DNA of 7,008 nt from Octopus sinensis (lineage: Eukaryota), in NCBI RefSeq assembly GCF_006345805.1, contig NW_021829027.1, positions 1-7,008 of the forward strand. Direction: 5' to 3'. The notes under the pieces are model-generated. The model was given only the letters and a program-made list of their open reading frames with translations. It had not been told where the DNA came from and made no database searches. Every line of letters starts with the position of its first letter. Within the stretch, counting starts at the first letter, position 1. The position numbers were made by a program, and so were the translations under genes. Shown here in pieces: positions 6,248-7,008 of the stretch.

Positions 6248-6276
6248 ACACACACGTGCGCATGCACATACATACA

Positions 6277-6315
<39 letters not shown>
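6248..6315. repeat. (CA)n/(TACA) microsatellite
   Basis: Direct. Confidence 0.95.
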
Positions 6316-6317
<2 letters not shown>

Positions 6318-6377
6318 AGTTAAAGCAAGTATCGACCACCTTTTTCGAGAAGCGGGCTGCTGTTTGCCTATGAGTGA

Positions 6378-6400
6378 GTTAGAGCGTCGGACAAAATGCC
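6378..6400 (+). mobile_element. Possible tiny SINE-head remnant
   Basis: gttagagcgtcggacaaaatgc is 16/22 identical to gttagcacgctgggcaaaaggc in the head of 3034-3245. It is too short to be certain. Confidence 0.3.
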
Positions 6401-7008
6401 ACTGTCTGACTATAAATATATACATACATACATATTAAATAAAATTTCGGATTTGCGGGAGAGGGGGGGGGGTCAAAGTTGGTAACAAAAACAGGACAAT
6501 GAAAACAAACAGTAAGGGCTACTAAGCCATAATGAGATGAGGTGGCGAACACTGGAGGAACAAGCTTTGACAGGAGACAGACAAGAATGTGTCTGATCTC
6601 TGTAGCAGATCGAAAGGAAAGAAACTCAAGTTAGGAAAAGAAAGATGGCCGATGGTCATGTGTGAGCAACGAGTGAGTAAAGGAGGAAGAGTGAGGAAGA
6701 GAGAGGGACAGAGAACAGTGAAGGGGAGGAAAAGAATTAGAGATAAAATTTACGTGCGGAACGGAGAAGTCAAGTTGACATAATTGTTTCCAAATTATCA
6801 ATTATTATTCATTCTGCGGGACATATTTTAAAGTTCATTGGATCTTACCAAGGAATTGTGCAGGGCTCCCTTTCATATCAACCGAAGTCTTATGGATTTC
6901 CCATGATTCTGGAAAACTACGTCAGCCAAGATCCTGCACGATGTGCTAATAAGGTGATAGCCAGGATTATAATTATACCCCTCTGTCTCTCTATAAATAT
7001 ATGTATAT

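Noticed and set aside
46-6781. Frequent TGACA/TGTCA (TALE-type) pentamers
   Set aside because: About 18 seen on both strands versus roughly 15 expected from composition, so they are not enriched.
220-6783. ORF-track proteins (for example 4345..4848, 4479..4892, 1244..1525, 1843..2112, 6027..6323)
   Set aside because: They are mostly translations of micro- or trinucleotide repeats (THTH, YIYI, VCVC, NNNN), or of SINE and GA-rich sequence. None has a recognisable domain, and several start at non-ATG codons.
6840-6942. Scattered inverted 7-9-mers (ggatctt/aagatcc, gtgcagg/cctgcac)
   Set aside because: The two matches are not colinear, so they do not form one stem or a TIR pair.

Overview
This is AT-rich eukaryotic non-coding DNA (intronic or intergenic). 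I support no protein-coding gene: the ORFs in the track are mostly by-products of (CA)n, (TA)n, (GA)n, (ATT)n and (GGT/ACC)n microsatellites. The interspersed repeats match, from memory and not from a database search, the tRNA-derived SINE families abundant in Octopus genomes, so the source is probably an octopod cephalopod. The window holds at least five SINE copies or fragments from several families. The clearest unexplained element is a 102-bp non-autonomous DNA transposon at 3246-3347, with perfect 23-bp TIRs and a perfect 9-bp TSD (Merlin-like ends), inserted into the tail of a SINE. A cluster of minimal hammerhead-ribozyme-like motifs of the Penelope-like-element (PLE) type lies at about 1327-1654. 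Other notable structures are a ~190-bp tandem duplication bounded by (CA)n tracts, four near-consensus 5' splice-site motifs within 110 bp, inverted trinucleotide arms able to fold back, and short CpG-rich or homeodomain-motif islands that may be cis-regulatory.
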